Shown one piece after another: positions 48,913 through 62,353 of a stretch of 64,000 nt of DNA (position 1 is its first letter; every line of letters begins with the position of its first letter). Origin of the DNA: Blasia pusilla (lineage: Eukaryota); NCBI GenBank assembly GCA_050084515.1, contig CM114271.1:14322001-14386000 (forward strand). The letters are read 5' to 3'. Below the pieces are notes generated by a model, which was not told the origin of the DNA, did no database searches, and saw only the letters and a program-made list of their open reading frames with translations. Made by a program: the position numbers and the translations under genes.

Positions 48913-49538
48913 TGTCGTGTGTATACACATCGCTACACAACTCACACCGCTGATCACATCTACACACCACACAACACCGATATTCCCCAACATACGGGTA
49001 CATCCACACATAAACAAAATATACTCATGCATATACAAAAGGACCCCACAACAAAATCAAGAGTAGTAAAAACGGCTCATCCGGCCTAAAACTCCACTCA
49101 TGAATCTACATCGGCATATCAAACCACATCCACCCTCTGCTATGAGGAAATCCGGACACTAGCACCCTAACTCCTACACGCCCACACACCTCTATGCAAG
49201 AGAGACGCTCCTAAGGCTCAACATGAGAAAGATGGCTTGAGAAAGCCATCTTCCTCACTCTTATACCCTTGGAAAGAGCCAAAAGGCTCTTCTCCCAAAA
49301 ATAGCCTTACCAACGGTAACCTGACAGCCTAAAACCAAAATAGGGAAATCGCCATAAACGGGTCACCTAACAACCTAAGACCAAAATATGGAAATTTCCA
49401 TAAACGACGCTTCAGACATATTAGACGTGTTTCCAACCTCATCCGACATCTCGAGATGAAGTTACACCCGAAAAGCCTGTTGACTCTCCATATCGTCGAC
49501 GCGATAGAACTCTACCTACATCGAAATAAGATGTGGCA
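48913..49538 (-). mobile_element. LTR (~626 bp) of the ...GCGCACGACA family
   Basis: Plus strand starts TGTCGTGTGTATACACATCGCTACAC, matching 62945. The other end TGTGGCA resembles TGTGACA at 63587. Length is similar to the 643-bp solo LTR. Confidence 0.65.
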
Positions 49539-49540
49539 AT

Positions 49541-50368
49541 TATTGTGCGCATACACATCGCTACACAACCAACATAGCTGGTCACATCTACACACCACAC
49601 AACACCGATCTTCCCCAACATACGGGTAGATCCACACATAAACAAAATATACTCACGCATATACAAAGGGATCCCACAACCGCCCCGCTAGTTGGCACTT
49701 GGGTCCCCCGAACTCCATATAGCACACACATATGTCCCCGACATGATCTCCTATCCTATACACATTTAGCACCATCGGTGTTGTCATCCCCGCAACACTG
49801 CAACAACCCGTTGTGTTGATCCCTCTGAAGAGATCTAACACTCTCGTACCCTACTCCAAACATAGACACGGCTCCACGCATGCCTGACGAGCTCGTCTGC
49901 ACTCCACGCATCTCAACGCTCGTCCCCAATAACGCCAACGAAGCTCCGCACTATAGGAAGAGACATCCACCCTAGTATGTCTCTCTGTGGGACTATCCAC
50001 TACGGGAATGTTCTCCGCATGTGTGCTCCTCTCCCCAAATCCTCATGATCAGCCAACACTACTTGTGAACGCGGCCAACGTGATCACCGTATCCTTACGT
50101 GATCGACCATCACTACTCCCTGCAGACAACACCGGTAGATGGCTCATCCGTCTAGCACCCGATCGCCACCCTGGCCGATAAGAAACCGTCTCCTCCCAAA
50201 ATTCCATAATGAAACCAAGGGGATACAACACTGTACTCCCTACCAACACATCATACGACTCTGTTGGTGTCGTTATCTCCCGTGTGCGCACCATCGCACT
50301 ATCCGAGTCATTCTCTGGCTAGAGTCTAACCACCAACTCCTGTCGAGTCATGAACAACGTGGATGATA
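49541..50368 (-). mobile_element. Second LTR-related segment abutting the first; 49541-49680 repeats 48913-49052
   Basis: ~140-bp direct repeat of the LTR 3' end, followed by ~690 bp of unrelated-looking retroelement-like sequence. Far boundary tentative (minus GGGGGCG|TATCA). Confidence 0.5.
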
Positions 50369-51677
50369 CGCCCCCAATAGAGGTGTGTATATGAAAGGAA
50401 CAACGCTGAATGTTATTCCTTTCATATTATTTAAATTATGAAGTATTTCAATCATATATGAACACATGTTATTTCGTGTCTATGGATGAGGGGTTTTTAT
50501 ATTCTGTGAGTAGAATATTTTCTAGAAGATATTAGAATCTTTTGGAAAGGGAAACATCAAATTTCTTTTCATAATTTTTGGAAAGAAAAAAAATTACTTA
50601 GTTACATGTAACTATCCATATATATAATATGGGGTATATATATATATATGAAACTAGTGTGAGAGACCCTTGAGAGGGGTGGGATAATAATATTATTAAT
50701 TACCAAACACGTGTGGAGTCCACGTGGATAGTTTAGACGACGAGAAAAAAAATGGTTTTTTCACAATTTTTTAAGAAAGGAAGATTATCACTATGAAAAA
50801 ATAGGTAATTTAGAATTGGAAAGATTATCTAATTATTATCCCTTATTTTCTCCATGGAAATATTTTGAAAAATTGAAAGCAAAATCATATAAAAAGTGCA
50901 AATTATTTTTTTCAACTCTTGTAGATCCATGCCATTATATTATAACGGGAGACATGCCTTCTTGACAAGTGTTTCAATTTTTTTTTTCACATGCTACGGC
51001 AACGAATTTTTTTTTTAGAGTTTGTGTGAATTTCCTAAATGATCATGACTTTTCGCAAAATTAGTTTTCCGAGCTCCAATGGGGGACAAACAAGTGAGTG
51101 CTCTACACGTGGAGACGAAGCCACTACGACTCGGACAGTTGTGGCAACGCATGTCCGTCGTGTGACACTGGACAAGATTTCATAGGAGCAAGAAGTCACC
51201 TCGTAAACCCGGCTTTAAAACCGGCCCAAGTCTAGAGGGAGTGCAAATACCACCACAACGAGAGAGACTAGTTTAACTCGAATCATACGATTGTAAGAGG
51301 CCGTGTCACACTCTTCTCAGGAGGGGGTTCGTCAAATGTGCAATTTCCTGTTGCGAGCCACGCTCATACTTTATAGCGTTGATCTTAAATAAATGAGAGT
51401 TGATGACTAATCCTCCCACACACGCACCATCAGCACTAGGTTCATCTTTGCTTCGTTGGGAAAGCCCGTGCACACTTTTCACCCGGAGAATCCAAAGCTT
51501 CAGCTATGGAGAGGGCACTCTCCAAACGATTAGAGATACCAGACAAATCCATTCCTTATTACATTAAGACAAGAATTGATCACGTGGGCACGATTGATCA
51601 TACTGATTCTTGTTTGGAAATTGGGGGCTTGAGCACAAAATGCTCTTCAACAAATGATTGCCTTAACGTATTCATAA

Positions 51678-54600
51678 TCACAAAACAAGCTCATCCTCCA
51701 GGAAACTATACTCAAAGGTAAATTCAGTTTTGATTCGCTGACACCTGCACAAAACATGCGGTCGCAACTTGTTACTACCTACCGACTTGAAAGCTAGGAA
51801 CGGAGAAATAACCTGTGCCCTAGTCCTCCGGAATTCGAAGGACATCTAAAGTACAATATATACACTATTCCGGAGGATGGTGCACTACAACAGGCCAAAG
51901 AAAACATGTCATTTCAGTACTACATTATCACATGGGTAGGTTATCTTTCTTCCGAAGAGAAATAGACAGCAATTGCTACACTTTTCCAAAGCTTTGTGCA
52001 GGATGGTTTCGTTTCGCTTTGCATGGGGAATCGGTCACAAAGCTTGGCTTTAATTACCGACAAGAGACAAAACAAGAGAAACAGGAGAATCACCTACCAG
52101 CCCTGCTGGAGGTCATCATGCACAATGTGGAAATCGAAGTAGACATATGTGCCCTGCTCGAACTCGTCTGTGGTCACCTTAGGCTCCTCATGTCGTTGGA
52201 ACCATGTGTTATACTTTTTGTGGTATCTCCAAGATTGTTTCTTTAGCTCACGAGCTGCCAAATATTGCTGGTAAGTACCCTGTGGCGCACAGTTAAGTAC
52301 ACTTGCTGTTAAGATGATAACAGATAGATCGGGGGATAGTCGGTGCGGGGAAGAACTACGGCGATGAAAATCAACAAAGATGAATTAGCTCATTACCTGA
52401 TGGAAGTAGAAAGAAAAGAAAAGAACGTCAGTCTCCAGACGTTCCCAAAGGGCCAGATTTTCCACAATAGGAGCTGGGACTTGAGGGTAGCTTGCAGGTG
52501 TAACAGCTGGATTTCTCTGAAAATCATTCATTGAAATCCAGAGTCAGGTGAAGAAACAGAGGTCAGCAGACAGGTCGCACTTAGTTGGCCAGAAAAATCT
52601 TTCCTGCCATATCATTTGAAGATGACAGGAGTGAAGACTCGTCTCATCAAAATTACGAAGAAAAGAAAATTCGGTTAGAAAGGAAACAACATACAGGAGT
52701 ATAGTTCTTGGGCCGTTCTGAATCCGTGAGCAATGGTGTATTTAGGTAAGCAGCCTCAAGGGCCTGCAAATTAAACATGCGCTCATGTTCAATTGTGCTT
52801 CCTGGAGGACTGCTACTGATTGCTCCTAGATCATTCATAGATCGCCTGCCAATTACACTAGAACCTGGCACAGGTATTCCAACTTGACTTGAGTGACCAC
52901 AGCTGAAATTCACGTCCCTGGAAAGTTCGCTGAAATCTGCAAGTGTTCCAGGTCGCCCAACCTGCAGAACCACTCAGCATGCCCGTCAGAACCCATTCCA
53001 ACCAAAGTCACTGTGTTGATTGCTTTTCACTAGCACTACAGTAGCATAGAAGCTCTCCTAAACTTGTAAACCAAACTCTGAACAGTGAAATTTGCCGCCC
53101 AACTGTGTGAGGTACTCACCACAACGTCAAATGTATCAGCATTTTTTGAATCTTCTTCACTCATAGAAAGACTTCTTGAGAATGATGTTACAGGACCTAC
53201 TTCCGTGTCCCTATCCTCTACTAGTTTATGATCTGAATGCAACTGTTGTTGATGTTCTGCAGCTCCGCTAGCTGCTGAATCTGGGACATCAGACAACGGA
53301 AGGATAAGGCAATAGTCTCCTGTAAAAGTACGAGGCCTAATCTAGGACAATCCAGTAAATGTACTTATATCCCCAGAGGATCCCATTCTCAAGAGATAAC
53401 CTTGCTGCAGTTGCTGCGAAGATATGGGCAAATGTGGATTTCGCTCCTGTTGTTGAGCCTGTGATGAGGTTGCTGACAAATGTGTCACTTCTCGTCCAAG
53501 TGCTAAACTGGGATGTTTTTGTTGAGTTGTGAATGTTTGTCCGATGGAAGCCTGTAGCTCTTGATGCTGCTGAAAACTTTGAAGCTGTACATTTCAAACG
53601 TGGAAGTGAGTGATTAAATCCAAAGTGCTAAAAGTGAAAGCTAACTACTTAAAATGCGAAAATAACAACCATGTTTCAGCTATCTGTGTATCATTTTTAC
53701 GAGTCACATGCTTGTATTCTGTATGGTAAAATACGAACATTCCCACTTTCCAAATTCTTCACTCCTCAAATTAATTAAATCTACCTTCCCACTCTCCAAC
53801 TCTAATTCTAACTCCCACTGAACAATTGAAATTCAAAGGTTTTAGCCTAAAAGCAAAGAGAACTGTCGGGAAAAAAAGGGATGACTCCTTAAGTGTTACT
53901 ATTTTGTCTTGTAGCATTCACTGCTTATAATATAGATTGACAGCATTGCCCTGAAGTGTTATAGCAGAAACTGTTGCTCATTTGAAAAAAGCTAGATAGC
54001 CATCCATGACTTCTGTAGAAAGATGGTCCTTGTTTTCTTTCCAGAAAGCAACGCAGGACATAAACGACATTGTTCAGTGTAGAATTGATCGGATTCTTCG
54101 TCTCATAGTTCCAGTTCCAGTTGAAACCACAAGCACTCTTAAAACTAGGGTAACAAGGTTTCTCACATCTAAAGAATAGACAGGAACTTCTCCAGTACAA
54201 AATAAGACATCGATATGATTCATGTTCTCATCCGATTTCCGTAAATTAACTCCAGAAAAAAATCGATAAGAATAAATGAACTAACTTAGTTAGGAGAATG
54301 TATGTTATTGTAATGATGGAGAACTGTTACATATTATTCCAGCATTAAAAGATCCTCATACTTTGTTTTAAATTGCTAATATATAACATCTGAGAACAGA
54401 TTCCTTTAGGCTGCAGAGCAACATCAATCTGGAACCTGCTAGATTGGACATACAGGTAGAAGTATGCAACTGAAAATTTCACACCACCTGTGATCTTGTT
54501 GAACTCTGCTGCATAGGGGTGAGAGCATTTTGTGATTTGTCATTCACAGTTGAAAGATTTGACAATTTTCCTGGAGCCGTACTGAGCAAAGAAGCACTCT

Positions 54601-57600
54601 GGCCCTGCTGCTGCACTTGCAAGCGCTGCAGATACTTCTGCTTCTGATCTGGAGCAATTTCTGTCCTTCCTTGATATTGTCCCTTCAATCCAAACAGAAT
54701 CAACTTGGAAAGTTACTTTGAGTAAACTCCAAGGAAATGACCCAAAGAAATACAGAAGCAACCAACTTCTGAGACACCAGACGACAGTTCACATACTCCT
54801 ACTCAAGATACCAAAACACCACCAACAACAAGAATTTAGTGACAGTGAGTGACTTTCTCTTCACATCTGCTTTTGGTCTCCAACTTTTTTCCGAACTTAG
54901 CATGAAGTCCAGATACTCACAAGTTCATGCAGAGTCAAAATATGAAGTCAAACATTCCTGACTTCCAATAGCAAATCTTTACCAGTCATGAGCTAGTGAA
55001 TCATGACATCAAACTGGACGAGAAATCTCCTCTTCATGCACAGCATATTCCTTAGGATTATTGACGTCAAAGAAAATGCGAGCAGTTTGATTCAGCTCGC
55101 ATGAATATCCTCATATTATTCCAGTTAAGAAGAGCCTATACCCTTACTATTCATAAACGCCACATTACGTTCGGCCGATTCATCACACATTCCTGACGTC
55201 AAATTTCCAGCAGAAGAAGAAAAGGTAGCCCCAAAAATGGTAAGGAATAAAAGTTCGCTGAGCTGATAGCATGAAACAGAGTTCTGGACCTCTGGTACTT
55301 TGTGTACCACCCATGGACACAACCCAAGATGCTAGCAACAGAAAAGCTTTGTGCGTCAATTTTCTTAATAAATTTGAATGTAACAGCAGTGTGGTAAGGG
55401 TATTGTTTGCATGTAACAGGAGTCTGAACCGCAAGCAGCAACGAACATGGTAGTGGCAAATACAAGGATAGATCTCTGCCTTCACCAGCTCCTGCCAGTG
55501 GTTTTGGGGAAGTGCTTAAGGCTTTTTCAAGTGCTCCAAGTTTCTGCCACTGCTCTGTGGAAAACCTTGAAATTGTTGTTGGCTAGATTAGTCGTAGGAA
55601 TATACAAAGAGACAACAAGAATTAAGTGAAATTAATTATTGTGTATATTCATGGAGATACTATGGGAATCGTAAGAGAACAAACAGCGAATTGGAGTTTA
55701 GAAAAGTTTAAAAAAAGAGAAGGGGGAGTGAATATAAAGTAAGAATCACCTTTGGCGAACTCGAGGACAGAAGACACAATTCTGAAATAGACAAAAAGCT
55801 TTCCTGAAATAGATATAGCGTGGTCCTAGAAAACAGGAGGAAGACGAGAAAAACGCATATGGAATGTAACTCACAAGAGTAATAAGCATCACAGCGACAA
55901 ACAGAGAAATCTGGTGGGTTAACTTGTCCAACACGTTTCCATAGAATTACATAATACCATGTCCATGCTGGAAACAGTAACTTCATCCACGAAACAATAC
56001 CAAATGATTTTGTAGTGAAATGACTTTAATAAGCAGAACAAGTAAACACTTACCAATTCTGCTTGGTTTTGGAACGTACTTGCAGTTGGTAGCCTCCAAT
56101 GCCCTCCAACAGACTGAGAGAACATCCTGCTTCCAATCATCCCTCCTTCTGGATCTCCCACGCTCTCACTTGTGCCACCCGATTGCCCAAATACTCTATT
56201 CTGGCTCCCAAAAGGAGTTCCAACCTCTTGCGAAAGTATCCCGGTACCTATTCTATCATCATCCAACTTTCCTGCTTCTTCAAGATCAGAAACTGCTGCT
56301 GCTGCAGTTTCTTTCCCATTACTACCAGCAGTACTACTGGAGTATAAAGACCCTCCCTTGACAGAAACAGGTGGAGACTGAGCTGAGTAAACACCCCTTC
56401 CCATTGCTGCTCTTGCCAAGCATCCATCTCCAACACTACCCACGAACCTCAAATTACCATACGACTCCTCCTTGGATGAGACCTCTCCACTGACTGGAAC
56501 TTGAGAGGTTATGTTTGCAGGCTTTGATAGACCGATCTCAGATGAAGTGCCTGGGAGTGACTTGACAGGGGAAGTGATAGAAACCGACCCAGGTGGAAGA
56601 AAAGGAGCTGCAGCTCCAGTCACCGTTCCAGCAACAGTGACACTTGCTACAACAGCACTCGTGGGTGCATCCACATTTCCAGTTTGTATAAGAGGTGTGA
56701 CAGATCCTGAATCCCTGGAAGCCTCTGGGGTAGGACCCTCCTCGAGCGGCAATGATGAAGGAGAGACACGTTGCACCACTGCAACTGCAGCTGCTGCTGC
56801 AACTGCAGCAGCTGCGACCTGTTTATGACGACCATAGAAATTGCAAATAAGAGATAAAGGTAACAAATTTTCCTACACAAACGCATTTTATTACTGCCAC
56901 TTGACATATGATACAATGAATGCTTACAGTATCTTTGACATCCTACTTCACAAGATGAATCATTGTCAAGTTGTCAATGGATGTTCTTGAGCAAAACTCG
57001 ACTAAATGGCCGAGCACACCATCTACTAGCCAACACATCTCTCTTGACCATGCACACCTCCGTCATTTCCCTCAATCTCTCTCCTCTCCAAGGTTATCGT
57101 CCAGGCTCTTGCTCTTCTACATATCACACATAAATCCCAAAGAATTCAATCAGCTCGGGACGATAAGCAAAAAATAGAAATAAGTAATTCTTGCAGATGG
57201 ACATCTCAATGAGATTCTCTTTTTAAGTTTTCAGATTGGGAAAGTGTCGCTAATTTGTTCGCTTCTTGAGGTTAAAGAATATCTAGATATACGAAGACTT
57301 GATATATAGTCTTTAAAATTGTACCAAGTATATTATCTTCAAAAGCCTAGCGAATGCAAAACTTTTCCTTCGTTACCTCGTTGAAAACCAGTTACAATCT
57401 GAAGCTTATAGTTTAGAGCTTGCCCAATCTAAACAGAACTGCACACCAGTTGGAGTTCACACAATCTAGAACAAAATGTATGGCTGCATATCTGAAAACA
57501 ACGGAGTAATTTTGACTTGAATGCCAAATACATTTTGGCAGAGCCGATGGTCAAACTAAACAGAATGATTACCCTAAATTTATTTCCCTAGTTAGTCCGT

Positions 57601-60600
57601 AATCATAGCTGCTCGCTCTCTTTCATAATTAGAACTTACAACTTGTTGAGCAGTGGGAGCAAGAACAGGAGACTTCAAGCTCACACCATTTGCAGCAGAT
57701 ACCCCAGAAGCTGCTGCGACAGCAGCCTGCAGTACCAGACTAACCTGTTAGAATGTTCTAAACAAGTGATCTAGAATAAAGATACAATCACTGAATAAGA
57801 GTGGAGTACATCAAATTTGCATGCCGAACAAGTGACACAAAAGTCCTACCTTCTCCTTGACCACAATTGCCGGGGCAACATTGGGGATTGCTTCCAATGC
57901 TTCAAGAGCCTCGATTTTATCAAGAGGTAAAGATTGGTAAAGATCGTCCACTACACCAAACTCATCAAAATCATCCTTAACACCCAAGCCACAAGATCTG
58001 TTTCAGACGATAGAAACCTGTGACATTAACTGGCAACTGAAAACATCTTAAAGAAAATGATGTAATTCTGCTTTAGGGATGCGTAAGGAAACAGAGATTT
58101 ACCAAGCTATCCCAACAAATCAAAGATACGCTTAATCTTTTGACTAAGTATTGAGGACAACATGACTATCAGCTGTATGTATCAGCCAGTTCCTCCAATT
58201 AATTGTGGAAATTTGAAGTGTTAAATATGACGACGGTCGCAGACAATTTGTAACTGCAACCATAATGGCCAAAAAAACCATCAAGTCCCTTACCATATGG
58301 AACTGATTCTGAGAATATCTACCTGATTGCGCTCTTTATAATCTTCCACGAATTCCTTCACGTCATTGACCTGCTCCGGACTTAGCTCATCATTGTCCAG
58401 CAAACGAAGAATCAGCTCCAACTTGATAATGTGCTGCTTGTGGCGTGATATAGATTCCTCTAAATGTGTCTGAATAGAATAGAACATCACCATTAGTGAA
58501 CCTGTCAAGAAGAAAAAAAGTCTTTGCCTGAACAGAAACTGCAAATGCGTGGTCAATGAGGTTTAGATGTATCTTCCAGTTATCCACATCCACGTCTTAC
58601 CTCCAACGGACTCCAGATGACAGAAGCAATGGAGAACATAACAAATGCTGTGCATAGGGTGTACCAGGCGTGGAGGCCTTGTCTTGCCTTTCTTTACTGT
58701 CAGGCCTTCCATTTCTGCTTCAAACGCATCGGTCTGTAATTCTAGATCACCAACCTGTGAAACACGAGTAACCTAAAAATAAACAGCTGTAAAGATTGCA
58801 ATGTAAATCGAGCATCATATGTATTCTTGTGTGACCCTTGCGTCTAGAGGAAGTGTCATCCCCTTAAGGCGTGGGATGCAGTTCTTCCATCTGTATTTGG
58901 AGAGAATAGTTCCACACTTCATAAGTCTCATAGGTCTATCATGAGTCCAGATTATGCTCACAAGAATTTTTGGTGAATTTTTGAAGAATGCGCCTGAGCT
59001 CAAAGCAAAGGGGAAGAAACACGTGTACAACTGCAACCCAATAAGGTTCAATACGAAACTTTCTGGGTTCCAGAACATGGAATGCACAAGATGCACATAC
59101 AGATTATAACATTTTGAGAACCAAATAGATCATAAAGTCTACAGAAAATTGCAAGAGACAGAATTTGGACATGCTGCTAAGCAACCATTGAGCTGACGGT
59201 AATTAAGGAAAGATAAGATCAGACCATGGTGTTTAACCAGTCCCGTGCCTCGCCTTTTGCTCTTTCTCTAGGATCCTGTAAAAGTAAGCAAACTTGTGAG
59301 CTTGACGCGCGAGTTCAGCATAAAGACAGACTGGAGCTACTAACTTTTGTAGTAAACAAATGCACGCCTGAAATTACCAGAGGCGTCACAGAACACAGGA
59401 TCACTTCCAGTTACCCAGGATGAGCTAAATCAGAGGTCAACGGTAGTAGTGAACGTATGCATCACGGCAGCTCGCTGACAAGTCGAGTAAGAACAATTCA
59501 CCATCAAGCAAAGGCCTTTCCATCACTCCGATGTTGGAAGTCTTGATATCACAGACAGATCATGGAGATGGAGGAAGAAGTGTTGAGTGCTAATCACAAA
59601 AATCTTTTATGATGTGCGAAAAAGACTGTGGTTTCTAAGTAATATCACAGCACTACAAAGTAACTTACGGTCTTGGGCTGCTGACCAAGTCCTTCCTTTG
59701 AGAAGGCTTTGGTTTTGGTTTCTTTCTCACATATTTTAAAACGCTCCATCTCTCGTTCTATGAGCTTTCGTGCTTCTAAGAGTGCCTGCTCATACAACAT
59801 GGGAATCATGGGTGTTGTCCATCAGTTAGCACGACGCTCCTTGTACCCGCTGTGTTTGAGGTTGAAAATCGTCCAGATTTCCACAATGGTCGTGGTTCAT
59901 ATTATCAGATCTCTATAGGAGCTCCGTCAGAATTTTTCTCCTCCTCCAAAACTTCATAGATCACACATATTCATACAACGGTGACTTAAACACTTCAAAA
60001 TATAAGCAGAAGGCAAGAAGCGAAAGGATATCGTGAACAAACCTTTTTATCTTTGATTTCACTCGACTGTATCCATGATTTGATTTGATCTCTATATCTC
60101 TGTAGCTTCTTGATTTCTTTCTTCAGATCGGCTTCAAACTTCTCCTTTTGATTGGCATTTTCGGTGTCGTAAACCTGCTTACGAGATGTGAACTGTTTAT
60201 CTATCAGATTACATAGAGTATTGTAGCTAGTCTAACGTTGAGAGATCGGACAGAAACGTCGATTGGAATAAAATTCGATAGGATCAGACTTTAAATCGAG
60301 TTTACGATATTGTGAACAAAGGACGTTCACGAAGACTGCGAGCAGAGTTTCATGATAGCCAGGATACCAAGTCAACGACTTGCATGGAGGTTCCTTCGCG
60401 TTCCATGCCAAACTTCCTTAAAGCTGGTAAATTCCCCGAGATTTTGAGCAATAACTAGAATCTTACGTAAGTTCACGATCAAAAAATATTAGGCAGTAAT
60501 TTTGCTTCCATGGAGATTTTCGCATGTAAGAAGATAATTAGAGATCTACGACAACGTACAGGTGGAAACGTACGACTTGAGAGAATCAAAGCGACGGGAC

Positions 60601-60918
60601 CAAAAAGACGATGAGAGCTTGTAATCGATCATAGAATGAAGACAAGCGATCCGATAGATAAGTCACGCACTCTCAACATAACAACAGTGAGTACCTAATA
60701 TGATGTGAAGTAGGACTACAATATCTTCTGAACGGCACTCGCTAGAATTCAAAGGCCAAGTCACAACGATCGAGAGAGAATCGATAAAAGGATTTATTAT
60801 CACAGAGAGGGACAGAGAAACTGACTTTATTCCAGATGCTATCAAAGACATCTACGCCCTCCTGGACTTTCTTCAGAATCCGGTCAATCTCTCCCTGCAG
60901 CTTCCGAGTAGCTGCCAT
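51678..60918 (-). CDS. NOT3: CCR4-NOT transcription complex subunit 3 (NOT3/NOT5 family)
   Basis: Exons (minus): 60918-60826, 60174-60043, 59785-59669, 59275-59225, 58754-58665, 58469-58323, 57975-57850, 57726(or 57744)-57640, 56818-56054, 54682-54488, 53584-53401, 53319-53120, 52961-52695, 52516-52397, 52279-52098, 51744-51678. N-terminus [59 protein letters not shown] box [42 protein letters not shown]...[12 protein letters not shown]. Middle low-complexity exons are less certain. Confidence 0.95.
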
Positions 60919-62020
60919 TCTGCTACTCTGTTTGTACTGATCGAGTCCAATTAAAAAGATATTCTGTTGCAGTGTCTTCCTTCGCTACAGCGTTCTTCTG
61001 ATTCAACACGAGACGCGATAGTAATTGCCAGTACTCCCATCCGAGTCGCTCTGATCTCTGCATTCTCTCCTCTCTCGCCGATCTTAATTCCCCTCCAACT
61101 GTAAAATTCCCTTCTGCTCTCCTCCGTCCCTCCTCCGTCCTTCCTCCTCCTTCCTCCTCCTCCGCTGTCCCACACTGTCCCTCGCGCATTCACCAGCGAG
61201 CATCTTGTGTACTCAACTTGCCACCCTTTCTTTCCTCTCTTCTGAAAACCGATATATTTCTTAAGATGAGAACGTCCAAACCCGGGGAAAAAAAAACGAA
61301 GAGTAATAAAAAACGCGAAACGCCTGAAAATTTTCAATCTGCTCGGATCTCCTTCCCACTAAATCCTCCGCTGCGATCAGATCATCGGAAATCAATCGAG
61401 CAACAGCCCCGTGTGGCCTTCGCTCTCTCCTGACGCACTTCTCAAATTCTCCACCAGCAGTTCTGTCCACTCAATTCGAAATCTGCTTGGCTTTCTCTCT
61501 TCTCCCTTGCTCGTCTTGGGATTGACCGCGGTTCCTTACGATCGGATCGTGGAGCGAGTCCCTCTCTATTTTCTTTCGTTCGTTCGTTCGCTCTCCTCTC
61601 CTTGCACGACCGTTAACTTACCAGACAATGAATGCACATAGAGCGATGGCACAAATGAATCAAGAGGTCAGACAGGTCCCATGGGAGCGGAGCGGCGGAG
61701 GAGGAGCCCTATTTCGGGTATTCCGTTGCCTGCAATGTATCCCCGCAATACAGTACAAAAAATGCAGCGTCATTAATACTCTGCTTCTCTGAGCTTATCA
61801 AGGACAGTCCAGGATCGCCTTATGTCACGCTTTCCGGCGTTTCTGTAGTGTACGCAGTGCTACGCACCATCCTAGATTCCTATGGTACTCAGAGATTCTT
61901 TTCTCTTCTTTAATGCACGCCCGTTACTCAGACCGTACTAAAAGTACGTGAACGGGCCGCGCAAGCAGAGAACCGGTACATTCCCGGTATGTGTACAGCC
62001 GGGCGGTTGAAGGTATATAT

Positions 62021-62092
62021 TCACCAACTGAATATACTCCTTCGTATATCTTTGATACAAATACGAAGGAGACCCGTATATTCAGTTGGTGA
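62021..62092. repeat. 72-nt near-perfect foldback upstream of NOT3
   Basis: TCACCAACTGAATATAC pairs perfectly with GTATATTCAGTTGGTGA; inner CTCCTTCGTAT pairs with ATACGAAGGAG; small bulge, 13-nt loop. Confidence 0.9.
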
Positions 62093-62353
62093 TTCATAAA
62101 TGGAAACGGGAATTCAAAAATTCAACCGGCTGCCAACAGGTGAACTCCTTTCTTTTCGGACGTTCCCCAAGAGGATTACCAAATATGCAAATAGGCAACA
62201 AGGAATCAATTTTTTATCTGATTTTTAAATATTTATTTTATTCAAATATTTTTTTATATACTATATTTCATGTATAGTTATTTTTCTTATTTGAATGTTT
62301 ATCGCTTTCAATTGTAATGTGGATAGAATTTATCTATTCTATTTTAAATAATG

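Noticed and set aside
57058-57116. Possible poison exon in a NOT3 intron
   Set aside because: It has an AG acceptor and an in-frame stop but only a weak GTGTGC donor; unsupported without transcripts.
32269-60918. MTA (m6A writer) and NOT3 (deadenylase complex) as a functional mRNA-decay cluster
   Set aside because: They are 15 kb apart with an unrelated gene and TEs between them. Plant gene neighbourhoods are usually incidental, and no shared regulatory signal was seen.
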